64,000 bases of DNA from Rugosimonospora sp. (lineage in GTDB: Bacteria > Acidobacteriota > Terriglobia > Acidiferrales > UBA7541), in assembly GCA_035636675.1 (NCBI GenBank), contig DASPYR010000195.1, forward strand, positions 4,169 to 68,168. The letters are read 5' to 3'. Of this stretch, positions 46,155 through 56,419 are shown one piece after another. Below the pieces are notes generated by a model, which worked only from the letters and a program-made list of their open reading frames with translations, was not told the origin of the DNA and searched no databases. Both the position numbers and the translations under genes were made by a program. Positions within the stretch are counted from its first letter, which is position 1. Each line of letters opens with the position of its first letter.

Positions 46155-47342
46155 ATGGCCTCGCGGCGGATAGCGATCGTGGGCGGAGGACCTTCCGGAG
46201 CTCTGTGCGCCGAGCGGCTTGCCTCCGCCGGCTTCCAAGTCAATCTTTTCGATGAGCACCTCGCCTGGGAAAAACCCTGCGGCGGAGGCCTCACACATAA
46301 AGCCGTCCTTAACTATCCATTCTTGCTCAATGGCCCGCACCCCAAAAAAATGATTCATCAGGTCCAGCTGATCTCCGGCAATGGCGACCGGGCGCACCTG
46401 CGCCTCGACCATCCGATCGTCATCTATTCTCGGGCTGTCCTGAATGGGCTACTGCTCGAGCGAGCGGCAAGCGCCGGATGCCGGATCGTCCGTTCTCGCG
46501 TCAGCTCGGTAGATATCACCGGCGAAAGGCCGTCTTTCACCGCCGAAAATGCCATGCAGTTCGCCGATTTCCTGGTCTTGGCCTCGGGCGCGCGAAACTC
46601 ATTTTTTCCTGCCACCCGCCCGCTGGCTCCCGCGGATTTGGAGATTACCCTCGGTTACTTCGTCCCCTCACGCGCGGACGCCATTCAAGTGAAATTCGTG
46701 CGCGGTTTGCAGGGCTACATTTGGTCTTTCCCGCGCTGCGACCATCTCTCGGTCGGAATCTGCGGCAGCCTGGCCCGGCATACCAGCCGAGAGTTGCATC
46801 AGCATCTGGCTCAATTCATGCGCGAGGAGCGCATCTCCACCGAGGAGGCCCGCTTCTATAGTCACGTGCTGCCTTCCCCTCGCGCTCACACCCTGGCGTC
46901 ACGCCGCATCGCCGGGCGCAATTGGGCCCTCATCGGCGACGCCGCAGGATGGGTGGATCCGATCACCGGCGAAGGCCTCTATTACGCCTTGCGTTCGGGC
47001 GAGCTCTTGGCAGAATCGCTCGTCTCCGGCCAGCCTGAACTGTATCCTCGGCGCGTGCGTGACGATTTCTCAGCCGACCTCGAGGTTGCCGCGCGCATCG
47101 CTCGCAGCTTCTATCATGGAAATTTCTTAGGAGGCGCAGTTACCACGCGCCTGATCCAATTCATCGCCCGCAGCACGACTTTTCGCACCATGATCGCCGA
47201 CCTCTTCAGTGGGGCGCAAAACTACTCCACCCTCAAGAGGCGTCTCTGGACGCAACTCGCCGCCACCCTCGCAGAAGTGCTCGACAGCATTTTTCGCACC
47301 GCCAAATCGACTACTCCGAGTCCCAGCCCAGGCGATGCCTGA
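46155..47342 (+). CDS. Geranylgeranyl-reductase-family FAD-dependent oxidoreductase
   Basis: MASRRIAIVGGGPSGALCA (dinucleotide fold), KPCGGG, and GDAAGWVDPITGEGLYYAL. Confidence 0.8.
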   Translation: MASRRIAIVGGGPSGALCAERLASAGFQVNLFDEHLAWEKPCGGGLTHKAVLNYPFLLNGPHPKKMIHQVQLISGNGDRAHLRLDHPIVIYSRAVLNGLLLERAASAGCRIVRSRVSSVDITGERPSFTAENAMQFADFLVLASGARNSFFPATRPLAPADLEITLGYFVPSRADAIQVKFVRGLQGYIWSFPRCDHLSVGICGSLARHTSRELHQHLAQFMREERISTEEARFYSHVLPSPRAHTLASRRIAGRNWALIGDAAGWVDPITGEGLYYALRSGELLAESLVSGQPELYPRRVRDDFSADLEVAARIARSFYHGNFLGGAVTTRLIQFIARSTTFRTMIADLFSGAQNYSTLKRRLWTQLAATLAEVLDSIFRTAKSTTPSPSPGDA

Positions 47343-47418
47343 CTCTGGCCTGCCGCGCAGAATGAACTTCTCGGCACACACCACGGCTCCTAGCCCACTC
47401 ACAAGCGAAGTCTTTAGA

Positions 47419-47835
47419 TTAAAAGGCGGTGCGGCGTACGGCGGGCTTGCGCGTTGGGGGCGGAATCAGGCTCGCCATTTTCCGGATCATGGCCAGGACG
47501 AGGCGCTTATCACCATCCGATAAGCTCGTGCTGTATCGCTTGATCTCCGAAAGGAACCGAATCTCGTCCTCGGAGAGCTCGCCCAGCATTTTCTGCGTAT
47601 CGCGATCGTGCGCCGTCTCGGTTCCCGGGAAAAAATCCGCCAAACTGATATCCATCGCTTCGGCTATTTTCGCCAGAGTCTCGAGTGACGGCACGGTATG
47701 TCCGTTTTCCACCCGTGAGAGGTAACATCGGAGGAGCCCGGTGCGGCGTTCGATGTCGCCCTGTGATAATCCTCGCTGGCCGCGATAGGTTCGGATGACC
47801 TCGCCGATATTGACTTTGGGCTTCTCCTTCGGCAT
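47419..47835 (-). CDS. XRE-family helix-turn-helix transcriptional regulator
   Basis: IGEVIRTYRGQRGLSQGDIERRTGLLRCYLSRVENGHTVPSLETLAKIAEAMDISL is an HTH_3 domain. It is followed by a roughly 60-aa C-terminal extension. Confidence 0.8.
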   Translation of the reverse strand: MPKEKPKVNIGEVIRTYRGQRGLSQGDIERRTGLLRCYLSRVENGHTVPSLETLAKIAEAMDISLADFFPGTETAHDRDTQKMLGELSEDEIRFLSEIKRYSTSLSDGDKRLVLAMIRKMASLIPPPTRKPAVRRTAF

Positions 47836-48042
47836 CCGATCGTTTCCTCAAACGTGCGGTATCTTAAAACGTGCGGTATCTTACGCAGGCCACCATGGGC
47901 GCGCAAGAGGATTTTCCTCCCTCGTGCTCATGAGTACATGGGAACCGCGAGACTGAATTCTGGGTTGAGGGCGGAGCAAGCTACCCTGCTGGTTGAACCG
48001 CACGTAGAGGCGCAACGGGCCCGCTTCCTAATCGGCCATTCA

Positions 48043-48582
48043 CTAATCAGAAAGAACCGGGAATTGCTGGGGTCGAATGCGCCGGGATCGCGCGGGGATT
48101 GCCGAAACTCGTGCCTTCGCCTCGGAATTTGCCGCCACTACGGCGCAACCTGCTTGCAGAAGTCCGGCCGGCCGCCCGGCCAGCAGCTTGACCCTGCTGC
48201 CGTACTGTTTCTCTGTTTGCGTGATCTGCTGGCCAGGAAATTTGGTCGTCTTCGCTTGGTTCCAAAGTGCGGCGCGCGATCCGCGATTGGCCTTTGCCGC
48301 GGACCTTAACTCCGTGTTCGCGCCCGGTTTCGTATCAACGTCGTTCGAGGGAATGCCTCCATCGGCAGATGCAGCGGCGAAGCTGATGGAGAGAATCTCG
48401 CCGATATCATAAAGTCGAATCTTTCCGTTCGCTTCAAACTGCACGGCACGCTCAGTGCCGCCCAGATATTTCCCTTGCACGAAATTGCCATTTTTCAATT
48501 GTAAACTGTCGGCCTGCACTCCTGGCACGAGAAGCAATAAAATTCCCGCCCTTGCTATCAAAATTGTCCGGAGATGCCACAT
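48043..48582 (-). CDS. Hypothetical secreted protein
   Basis: Signal peptide (..LLLVPGVQA|D), a small beta-rich N-terminal module (LQLKNGNFVQGKYLG...IRLYDIGEILSISF), then a basic low-complexity tail. GC3-rich codons support this frame. I recognise no family. Confidence 0.45.
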   Translation of the reverse strand: MWHLRTILIARAGILLLLVPGVQADSLQLKNGNFVQGKYLGGTERAVQFEANGKIRLYDIGEILSISFAAASADGGIPSNDVDTKPGANTELRSAAKANRGSRAALWNQAKTTKFPGQQITQTEKQYGSRVKLLAGRPAGLLQAGCAVVAANSEAKARVSAIPARSRRIRPQQFPVLSD

Positions 48583-48819
48583 GGCGTCCTCCTGGTTTCT
48601 CTGAAGTGAGCCCTTCGTGGCCGCGACGGCACTTCACGAAGTCCGCCTGGACTGGAGCTTTCAGGATACACCCGCGCATGGCTGCAAGCGCTTAGTTTAT
48701 CGAGGGGTACAGCAAACCCGGTATGCAGCAGTTCTGGAGATCTTCAAGCGTGTGGCTCCCGCCGCGTTCGACTATTTCCGCAGCGGGAGCCAAGCGCCTA
48801 ACACCTGTTTGGGACCAGA

Positions 48820-49866
48820 CTACTGTGGCCCGAGCTCCAAAATTACAAACGAGTTTGCAATGGGCTGCGGCCTTGGACGGGGATTTTCCGGGCTCGGTTT
48901 CTCAGCCGGCTTGAAGTCCGCCGTTTCCGTGAAGACGTGATGCGTCTTCGGATCGAGGCCCATCGTGCGAGCGCCAAATTGCGTGTTGACGTTGCCCACG
49001 ATGGTGTATTTGTCCGGCGAATCCTCGTGAATGACGGTCAACAACCCTTCGCGGCACGCGGCAAAAATTAGCCCCGTTCCCGGATCGAAGCCATTGCCGT
49101 CAGGATCTCCCCCGATTGCCGGCGTGGCGACCACTTTACCGGTATCCGGGTTGAATACCGCGATCATCTTGTCGCAGGCAGCAAACAGGCGATGGGTCTT
49201 CGTGTCTGCCGCAAGAGCGGACGGGCCGTCGCAAGGCGCAAGAGACCACGTCCCCTTCACGGCCAGTGTTTTCGTATCGAACTCCATAATGGAACTCTTG
49301 TCTTCCAGGTTGACGAACATGTTGCCCCGGCCGTCCAGCGCCGGCTCCTCTGGCCTCCCTCCCAGATTCACTGTGCCAACAACTTTGTCCGTTGTGGCAT
49401 CGATCACCGTGGAATTATTGCCCTTCCCGTTCATCGTGAACACTCGCTTGGTTGCCGGATCATAAATAATCGAGTCCGGGTTGTCGCCCGTGGTTTTGAT
49501 CTCGCCAGTGGGCTTCAGCGTTTTTAGATCAAAGACGGTCACCGTGGACGCCCCACCGTTGCTGGTGTAGCCCTTGTTCAGGTCGGTCGCAAGAGCCGCG
49601 CCGTGAATTCCCTTGGTATTCGGTATGTCGCCGAGTACTTTGCCGCTGGTCTCATCAACGATCATCATATGATCGCCGCGCGCCACGTAAAGGCGATGCG
49701 CATCGGGATCCACTCGCAAATAGTCCCATCCGCCTTCGCCTCCCACCGGGATTCTCCTCAGCACTTTGTAACTCTGAGCCGATGCCGTGCCCGCAGAGAC
49801 AAGCACCAGCGAAGAAGCAAGAATGCAGGCCCAGCACAACAGTCCCACGAAAGCTCGCCGCAACAT
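48820..49866 (-). CDS. Secreted YncE/YVTN-like beta-propeller repeat protein
   Basis: Signal peptide (..AGTASA|Q) and about 7 repeated blades of 40-45 aa (..G..P.G.A.D......YV.N...). A strong RBS, AAGGAGGAGG, lies upstream. Confidence 0.7.
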   Translation of the reverse strand: MLRRAFVGLLCWACILASSLVLVSAGTASAQSYKVLRRIPVGGEGGWDYLRVDPDAHRLYVARGDHMMIVDETSGKVLGDIPNTKGIHGAALATDLNKGYTSNGGASTVTVFDLKTLKPTGEIKTTGDNPDSIIYDPATKRVFTMNGKGNNSTVIDATTDKVVGTVNLGGRPEEPALDGRGNMFVNLEDKSSIMEFDTKTLAVKGTWSLAPCDGPSALAADTKTHRLFAACDKMIAVFNPDTGKVVATPAIGGDPDGNGFDPGTGLIFAACREGLLTVIHEDSPDKYTIVGNVNTQFGARTMGLDPKTHHVFTETADFKPAEKPSPENPRPRPQPIANSFVILELGPQ

Positions 49867-49966
49867 ATATGCCTCCTCCTTATTTGCTGAATGAGCCCCG
49901 ATGGATCAATTTCGGGACCCTATTTCCATCGTTTTCCCGCACATCGTCACAGATTAGTCCCTCATC

Positions 49967-52900
49967 CTACGCCTCGACGACGGGCTGGCTCTTCCGAGTC
50001 ATGAAAAACTCCATCGCCGGCGTGATGACGAGCGACAAAATCATGGAAATCAGAATCCCCCCGATGACTGCAATAGCCAGCGGCTGCAGCATCTGCGAAC
50101 CCGCGCCGACGGCCAGCGAAAGAGGCAGCATGCCCGCTACCGCGGCCATGGCCGTCATAACAATCGGACGAAGCCGGCGCCGTCCCGCCTGTACCAGGGC
50201 TTCTTCGGCCGAGAAACCTACGGAACGGAATTTCTGGTTCGCATCGAGCAACAGGATGCCGTTCTTGGCCACGATGCCGATCACCATGATCAGCCCCATG
50301 AACGAAGAGACGTTAAACGTCGTGCGCGTCACCAGCAATGCAAAGAATACGCCTGAGGTAGAGAGCACCGCCGAGGACAGAATCGCCAGCGGCGCGGAAA
50401 ATGCCCGGAACTCCAGCAGCAGCACGATAAAAACCAGCACCAGGGCAAGCAGCAGCACCGTTACCAAATCGCGGAACGACTTCTGTTGCTCCTTATACGT
50501 GCCACCGTAATCCACTCGGATCGACGGCGGCAGCTTCAGATCGCTGACCGCCTTCTGTACGGCCGCAACACCGCTCCCCAGATCGAGTCCCTCCAATCGC
50601 GCCGTAACTTCCACGTCCCGCTGCAGATTATCGCGTATGACTTCGATCTGACCCGGGAGTTCGCTGATATCCGCGATTGCGCCCAGCGTTGCCGTCCCGC
50701 CGTTTGAATTCACCAGAAGTGTATTCTTCATGGCTTCGAGCGATGAACGGCTCCCTTTGGGGTAACGCACCCGCACGACGTACGGCCGGTCGTTAATCAC
50801 CACCGGAGTAGTTGCCGGCTCACCGTCGACGATAGCAGAAGTCACCGTCGCTAGCTGGTCGGTGGTGAACCCGGCCTTCGCCGCTCGTACCGGGTCCACT
50901 GTGAATACCACGGCCGGGCCGCTGGTCGTGGCCTCGATGCCGTCGGCCACATCGACCACAGGTTTCTTCTGGCTGATATAGATGCCGCCAATGGTGTCCG
51001 CCACGCGCGGCGCCCATTGCTTGAGCGCGTCCACATCGTCGGAGTAAAGCTTGATCACAATGGGTTGAGGCGCTCCGGTCAGATCGCCAATCATGTCCTC
51101 GAGCACCTGGTGGAAATCGACATCAACCGCGGGTTCAGCAGCCGTGACCTTCCCACGCACTTCCGCGACGATCTCGTCTATGGGACGGCTGCGCTTATCC
51201 TTCAGTTTGACGGATATGTCTCCGGTGTTCGCTTCGGTCACCGCCGCCAAGCCCAATTGCAGCCCCGTACGGCGAGAGGTGCTCTCCACTTCGGGCAGGG
51301 TCCGCACGATTTGCTCCATGTGCGAAACCATGCGGTTAGTCTCCTGGAGCGAGCTGCCCGGTGGCGTGACGTAGTCGAGAATGAAGCCGCCCTCATCCAT
51401 CGCCGGAAGCAGGTCGCTGCCCAGCGCCTTGTAGCTAAAGTACGAGATGACGATCAGAATCGCGCATAGCCCTCCCAGCCACACCGGATGCGCGAAAGCG
51501 CGGCGCAGCCAGCGCTCATAGAACCGGATAATGCGCTCGAACCATCCTCCTCTCAGAGAGGCTTCCTCAGCCGCCATCATGCGCCGGATCTGTTCCATCT
51601 CCGCCGATTCCGCCCCGGCCGCCTCCACACGTGGCATCCGCCCTTGCGGCCCATCCACGCCGTTACCGAATTCCTCCGGGCCGTTCGTGCCATTCGTTCC
51701 GTTTAACTCCGACGCTGCGCCCGGTTTGCCCCGGCGGATCAGAAAAGTTCCCAGATTCGTGGTCCAGGAAAGCGCCAACACGAGGGACGTCAGCAACGAA
51801 ACACTCATGGCAATTGCCAGAGCGCGGAAGAACGTCCCCGTCACGCCGGTAATGCTGATCAGCGGCAAGAAAACCACAATCGGCGTCAGCGTCGAGCCAA
51901 TCAGCGGAATGGTCAATTCCTTCAGGGCGCTCGCCGTGGCTCGCAGCGGCCCTTCACCGCCGTCCCGGTGAAGAACGATGTTCTCCACGACCACGATCGC
52001 GTCATCGATCACCAATCCGCCGGCGGCGGCCAGCCCGCCTAACGTCATCATGTTGAAGCTCTGACCCATGATCTTCATCACGATGAATGTCACCATGATC
52101 GTCACCGGCACGACCAGCCCGGTCATGACGGCGGTGCCCCAGTCTCGCAGGAAGAGCCAGATAATCAGCCCGGATAGGAAAAGTCCGATGATGATCGCAT
52201 CGCGCACGCTGCTGATCGAGGCCTTGACGATATTGGACTGGTCGTAAAAGACCCGCAGGTCCACGCCAGACGGCAGGCTCGGAGCGATGTTCTGGATCTC
52301 CTGATGAACTTCGTTGGCCACTTGCACAGTGTTGCTGTACGGCTGCCGGTTGATGCTCACCAGCACGGCCGGCTTTCCGTTCGCTGTGACTACGGTATAC
52401 GCCGGCGCCGATGAAGGCGCCACCGTGCCGATATCCCTGATCCGCACAGGAATGTCGCCGGTGGTCTTGATCACGATATCGCCGAGCTGTTCAGGACTCT
52501 GTGCTTGCGCGGTGACGAGTCCCAGGAAGAGCTGATGATTGCGGCTGAGCAGCCCGGGAGAATCGATCAAATTGGTATGATTTACGGCATCGAGGATGTC
52601 CTGCAGGGTCACATGTGCCCGGAGCATGCGCACCGGATCAGGGGTGATCTGAAATTCCGGCTGCTGCCCGCCCTGCACCAGAACGCTGGCGACTCCGTCC
52701 AACCGGTTCAGGCGCGGCTTGAGCTGATATGTGGCCAGTTCCCAAAGTTGGGTTTGCGGAACTTTGTCCGACGTGATGCTGTAGCCCAGGATCGGAAAGC
52801 TCGCAAAATCGAGCCGATGGGCCTCGATTTGAGCGGTCATTGGCAAGGTGCTCTGAATACGCGCGATCGCCGAATTCACTTGCTGGAGCGTCACCACCAT

Positions 52901-53299
52901 GTCCACGCTCCAATCAAAGTCCAGATCGATTTCCGCCGAACCGCGGCTGGTGATCGAGCGCACGTTTTGCAGCCCGGGCACGCTATTCACCGCCTCCTCG
53001 ATGGGCCGCGTAATCGTCACTTCCATCTGGTTGATGGGCATGACGCCGTTATCCACGCCCACAATAATCCGAGGAAAATTCGTAGTGGGGAACACTGCAA
53101 TGGGAAGCGTAAAAGCTTCGTAGATTCCGACCACCGCCAGCGCCAGAATCATGAAGATGATCGATTTGGAATGGCGCGCGAACCAGTAGCGATTGGGATC
53201 ATCGATCGGCGCGACACGCCGCGGCGGCGGCAAGGTGCGAGTCGCCGCCTGGATTGAGGTCGTCGTCGTGGTCTTGGGTTCCATGGAATGTACCGTCAA
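49967..53299 (-). CDS. RND efflux transporter permease (AcrB/HAE1-like)
   Basis: 1110 aa with 12 TM helices and two large periplasmic loops. The TM4 motif GGLVIDDAIVVVEN carries the Asp-Asp pair typical of AcrB-type pumps. Confidence 0.95.
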   Translation of the reverse strand: MTVHSMEPKTTTTTSIQAATRTLPPPRRVAPIDDPNRYWFARHSKSIIFMILALAVVGIYEAFTLPIAVFPTTNFPRIIVGVDNGVMPINQMEVTITRPIEEAVNSVPGLQNVRSITSRGSAEIDLDFDWSVDMVVTLQQVNSAIARIQSTLPMTAQIEAHRLDFASFPILGYSITSDKVPQTQLWELATYQLKPRLNRLDGVASVLVQGGQQPEFQITPDPVRMLRAHVTLQDILDAVNHTNLIDSPGLLSRNHQLFLGLVTAQAQSPEQLGDIVIKTTGDIPVRIRDIGTVAPSSAPAYTVVTANGKPAVLVSINRQPYSNTVQVANEVHQEIQNIAPSLPSGVDLRVFYDQSNIVKASISSVRDAIIIGLFLSGLIIWLFLRDWGTAVMTGLVVPVTIMVTFIVMKIMGQSFNMMTLGGLAAAGGLVIDDAIVVVENIVLHRDGGEGPLRATASALKELTIPLIGSTLTPIVVFLPLISITGVTGTFFRALAIAMSVSLLTSLVLALSWTTNLGTFLIRRGKPGAASELNGTNGTNGPEEFGNGVDGPQGRMPRVEAAGAESAEMEQIRRMMAAEEASLRGGWFERIIRFYERWLRRAFAHPVWLGGLCAILIVISYFSYKALGSDLLPAMDEGGFILDYVTPPGSSLQETNRMVSHMEQIVRTLPEVESTSRRTGLQLGLAAVTEANTGDISVKLKDKRSRPIDEIVAEVRGKVTAAEPAVDVDFHQVLEDMIGDLTGAPQPIVIKLYSDDVDALKQWAPRVADTIGGIYISQKKPVVDVADGIEATTSGPAVVFTVDPVRAAKAGFTTDQLATVTSAIVDGEPATTPVVINDRPYVVRVRYPKGSRSSLEAMKNTLLVNSNGGTATLGAIADISELPGQIEVIRDNLQRDVEVTARLEGLDLGSGVAAVQKAVSDLKLPPSIRVDYGGTYKEQQKSFRDLVTVLLLALVLVFIVLLLEFRAFSAPLAILSSAVLSTSGVFFALLVTRTTFNVSSFMGLIMVIGIVAKNGILLLDANQKFRSVGFSAEEALVQAGRRRLRPIVMTAMAAVAGMLPLSLAVGAGSQMLQPLAIAVIGGILISMILSLVITPAMEFFMTRKSQPVVEA

Positions 53300-53361
53300 G
53301 CTGCCAGCAAATTCCTAAATTGCTGAAACCATCGCGTAGCCGCGCATGCTTGCCATCCGGC

Positions 53362-54657
53362 TCATTGGTCCTCGTCCTCTTCTGGAATATTCGGCGGAGC
53401 CTGCACCTGTATGTTCGTCTTCGCCAGGATGGGGTCGTCTTCTTGGGAAAGCGCGAAGGCGCCCACGGTCACCACCCGCTCTCCGCCCTGCAAGCCATCC
53501 GTGACCTGTACTTCGCCGTCATCTCGGATCCCCACCTTCACCTTCTTCTTATGCGGCTTATTGTCGGTATCCAGAATAATTACGGAGGTATCTCCCTCCG
53601 AAGTGGTCAGAAGAGCCTCGGCCGGAATCACGATGGCGTGCGGGACCGCCAGCGCCACGATTTGTACCTGTACATTGCTTCCCGGCTTCAAACGCTCGCC
53701 GGGATTGGGAGTCTGCACCCACACCTCCACCGTCGTGCTAGCGGGATCGAGCGCCGGGCTTACCAGGCTGACCTTCCCCTTGAGAGCTCCCGGCTGACCC
53801 GGTACGGAGATTGTCGCGGCGTCGCCCACCTTGAGCTGCGACGCCTCCTGCTGATCGATGTGCGTGCGAGCCACGACTTGCGACAAATTCATCACGGTAA
53901 TAAGAGGGCCTGAGCTTGAGGCCATTTCTCCCGGGTAAACAGGCCGGTCCGTGACCACGCCGTCGATGGGGCTTACGATTTTGGAATAATTCAAATTGGC
54001 TTCCACGCTCGCACTTCTGCCCTTCGCCGCCGCTAGCTGTCCTTCGGCCATTTTGAGGTCGAGCTGTTTCTGCGACGATTCATAAGCATTCCGCGCCTGG
54101 ATCAAGGCCACGTTGGCGTCGTCGACATCCTTGGCCGAGACGGCTCCCTGTTTATAAAGCTCCTGCCGCGCGTTATAGAGTTTTTGTGCAGCGTCCAACG
54201 TTTCCTTAGAGAGCTGCAGGTCTTGTTTCGCCTTCTGAACCGCTTGCTCATACCCGGCTTCGGCCTGGGCGTAGGCTCCCCGATTTTCCTCCTGGGCGGC
54301 AAGCAGGTCCCGATTCTCGAGTTCGGCCAACAACTGGCCCGCATGCACCTTGCTGCCCTTTTCCACGTAGAACTTCTTAACCGGCGCGCTGATCTTCGGT
54401 ACGATCGCCGCCTGTTCCAGCGGATAGAGCGTCGCTTCGCCGATCACTTTCCGTTCAATGGTCTGGTTCTCCGCCGCGCCTACCTGCACCGTCACCGTCG
54501 GCGATGCCTCGGCGACTCCGCCTTTGGAGCAGCCGGACGAGAGAAAACTCGCCGCCAGAGCCACCCCCAGCAAGCCGCCGGCCCAGCGGCTTGCGAAAAT
54601 ATGGCCAGGGTCCATGTGAAGAATCGCTATGCGCATTACTTTCTTATCAGCGTTCAT
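53362..54657 (-). CDS. RND membrane fusion (periplasmic adaptor) protein
   Basis: 431 aa. Lipoprotein-type signal (..FLSSGC), an alpha-hairpin coiled coil, and lipoyl and beta-barrel domains of the HlyD/AcrA family. Confidence 0.9.
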   Translation of the reverse strand: MNADKKVMRIAILHMDPGHIFASRWAGGLLGVALAASFLSSGCSKGGVAEASPTVTVQVGAAENQTIERKVIGEATLYPLEQAAIVPKISAPVKKFYVEKGSKVHAGQLLAELENRDLLAAQEENRGAYAQAEAGYEQAVQKAKQDLQLSKETLDAAQKLYNARQELYKQGAVSAKDVDDANVALIQARNAYESSQKQLDLKMAEGQLAAAKGRSASVEANLNYSKIVSPIDGVVTDRPVYPGEMASSSGPLITVMNLSQVVARTHIDQQEASQLKVGDAATISVPGQPGALKGKVSLVSPALDPASTTVEVWVQTPNPGERLKPGSNVQVQIVALAVPHAIVIPAEALLTTSEGDTSVIILDTDNKPHKKKVKVGIRDDGEVQVTDGLQGGERVVTVGAFALSQEDDPILAKTNIQVQAPPNIPEEDEDQ

Positions 54658-54685
54658 ATTGCTGCCTTTTAACCCTTAACCTTTT

Positions 54686-56155
54686 TTAGAAACTTCCCGT
54701 AAACGTCTGTAAAGTCGCCAGCGCTGTGCGATAGCGCGCCTGCGCGTCATCGAAAGCGTTGCGCGCCGTGATCAGAGTTGTTTGCGCGTCCACCACTTCC
54801 AACGTCGTGGATGACCCGCCCTGATAGCGCAGGGTGACCAGGCGCAAACTTTCCCCCGCCAAGTCCGCAATCTGCCGAAGCTTCTCTACCGCCTCCCGTG
54901 CTACGAGAGCTTCATTATATGCCGCATAGACCTCGCCGAGCGTACGCCTCTGGGTCTGGCTCAGCGACACCTGGGCCTGTTGCTGCTTGAATTCGGCTTG
55001 GTGCAGCTTACTGCGCAGCGTTCCCCAATCCCAAAGCGGAACAGTCAAAGAGGCCTGAATGTAATAGCCCAGGGTCGGCGTGGCGCCGGCCTCGGGAATG
55101 GCTGTGTATGCGCAATTTAACGCGACGCAATTCGCTTCAAGACCCCAAACAGGATCAAAGGATATGGCGGGCAGAAACGCGCTCCTGGCGCCTTTAACGT
55201 CCAGATTGGCCTGACGGAGAGATTCCGTTGCCACCCGCACATCGGGATTCATCCGCCCGGCCATCTCTTGCACTTCGCCGAACGTCGGCAATGGCCGCGG
55301 CGTGGCCAGATCGTCTACCGCCGTGAAATTTTCATTCAGTGTCGGAAAGATGAGCACAGAAAGATCCAGCCGGGCGTTTTCCATGCCCAGATTAACCTCC
55401 GAGAATGCCGCCTGCTGCTGCTGATATTGAATCTCGGCTTTGATAACGTCGCTGTGTGCCGCTTGGCCGGCCCTTTCCGTTGCTTCCGTTAACTGGAGAA
55501 AACGCCTTGCCTGTTCCAGCGCCTCTTGCGCGGTGGCATATTTCCGCTGCGCGATCACCAGTGCGTAGAAGGTCTTGGTGACCGTGACCGTCAGCCCGCG
55601 GCGCGCTATTTCCGCCTTGGCCGCCGCGATCGCTTCCGCGGCCTGGGCCCGCTTGTAATCGGTGCCCATCAATGCGTTCGCTGTGAGTTCCTGATGCAAC
55701 ACAGCCCACTCACGGTAGACGTGCACGCCGTCTTGGGTCACATATCTTCCATTTGGAGTTTTTCCGTTGCCCTGCGTGCCGAGATATTCGCTTCGGAAGC
55801 CGAACTGTGGCAGTCGCGCATTCCTGGCTTGCAGGCGGTCTTCCTGCGCGGACTTTTGGTCGGAAAGAGCCGCCAAGAATTCAGCATTATTTTTCTGCGC
55901 CCTCTGCAGCGCATCCGCCAGCGTTATCGTAACGGGCGGTCCGGTTTGCTCCGCCGGCTTGGGCGGATATACAAGCTGCACCGGTGCCTCAGGGGCGGCC
56001 TGACGCGGCGGGGTTTGCGCGCTGGCTATCGAAGCTCCGGCGCAAATCAAGAGCAACACCAGACCATAACGAAACGCCGGAGGGATATGGGCCGTGCGGC
56101 GCGTTCCCCCGCAACTCTTTTCGCCAAGCAAAGATCTCTCACGCGCAGCAGTCAC
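54686..56155 (-). CDS. TolC-like outer membrane efflux protein
   Basis: Two OEP repeats and a signal peptide ..LLLICAGASIASA|Q. The start is uncertain. I chose the GTG at 56155, preceded by GGAAGG; the longest ORF reaches 56281. Confidence 0.8.
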   Translation of the reverse strand: MTAARERSLLGEKSCGGTRRTAHIPPAFRYGLVLLLICAGASIASAQTPPRQAAPEAPVQLVYPPKPAEQTGPPVTITLADALQRAQKNNAEFLAALSDQKSAQEDRLQARNARLPQFGFRSEYLGTQGNGKTPNGRYVTQDGVHVYREWAVLHQELTANALMGTDYKRAQAAEAIAAAKAEIARRGLTVTVTKTFYALVIAQRKYATAQEALEQARRFLQLTEATERAGQAAHSDVIKAEIQYQQQQAAFSEVNLGMENARLDLSVLIFPTLNENFTAVDDLATPRPLPTFGEVQEMAGRMNPDVRVATESLRQANLDVKGARSAFLPAISFDPVWGLEANCVALNCAYTAIPEAGATPTLGYYIQASLTVPLWDWGTLRSKLHQAEFKQQQAQVSLSQTQRRTLGEVYAAYNEALVAREAVEKLRQIADLAGESLRLVTLRYQGGSSTTLEVVDAQTTLITARNAFDDAQARYRTALATLQTFTGSF

Positions 56156-56419
56156 GTTGCCTTCCTCCGTCTTCCCGAAATTTGTTCTCACGATTCTTTC
56201 CGATTTCTTTAAGGAGTTTCCCACTCGCCCTTCACACGACCGCTCGCTTGAATCCAAGAGCCTCTGCAGGCAGGTCCGCAATAGCCCAAACTATTCTAGA
56301 TTAAGATGAGCTTAAAACGTATAATCCGGCCCTTTCAGGAAGACGCCCCGCCCGGCACAGGGACCGAACGGGGCGTCATTTACCGGGGTCTCAATAAACA
56401 TATTGTGGAGGCAGATACA

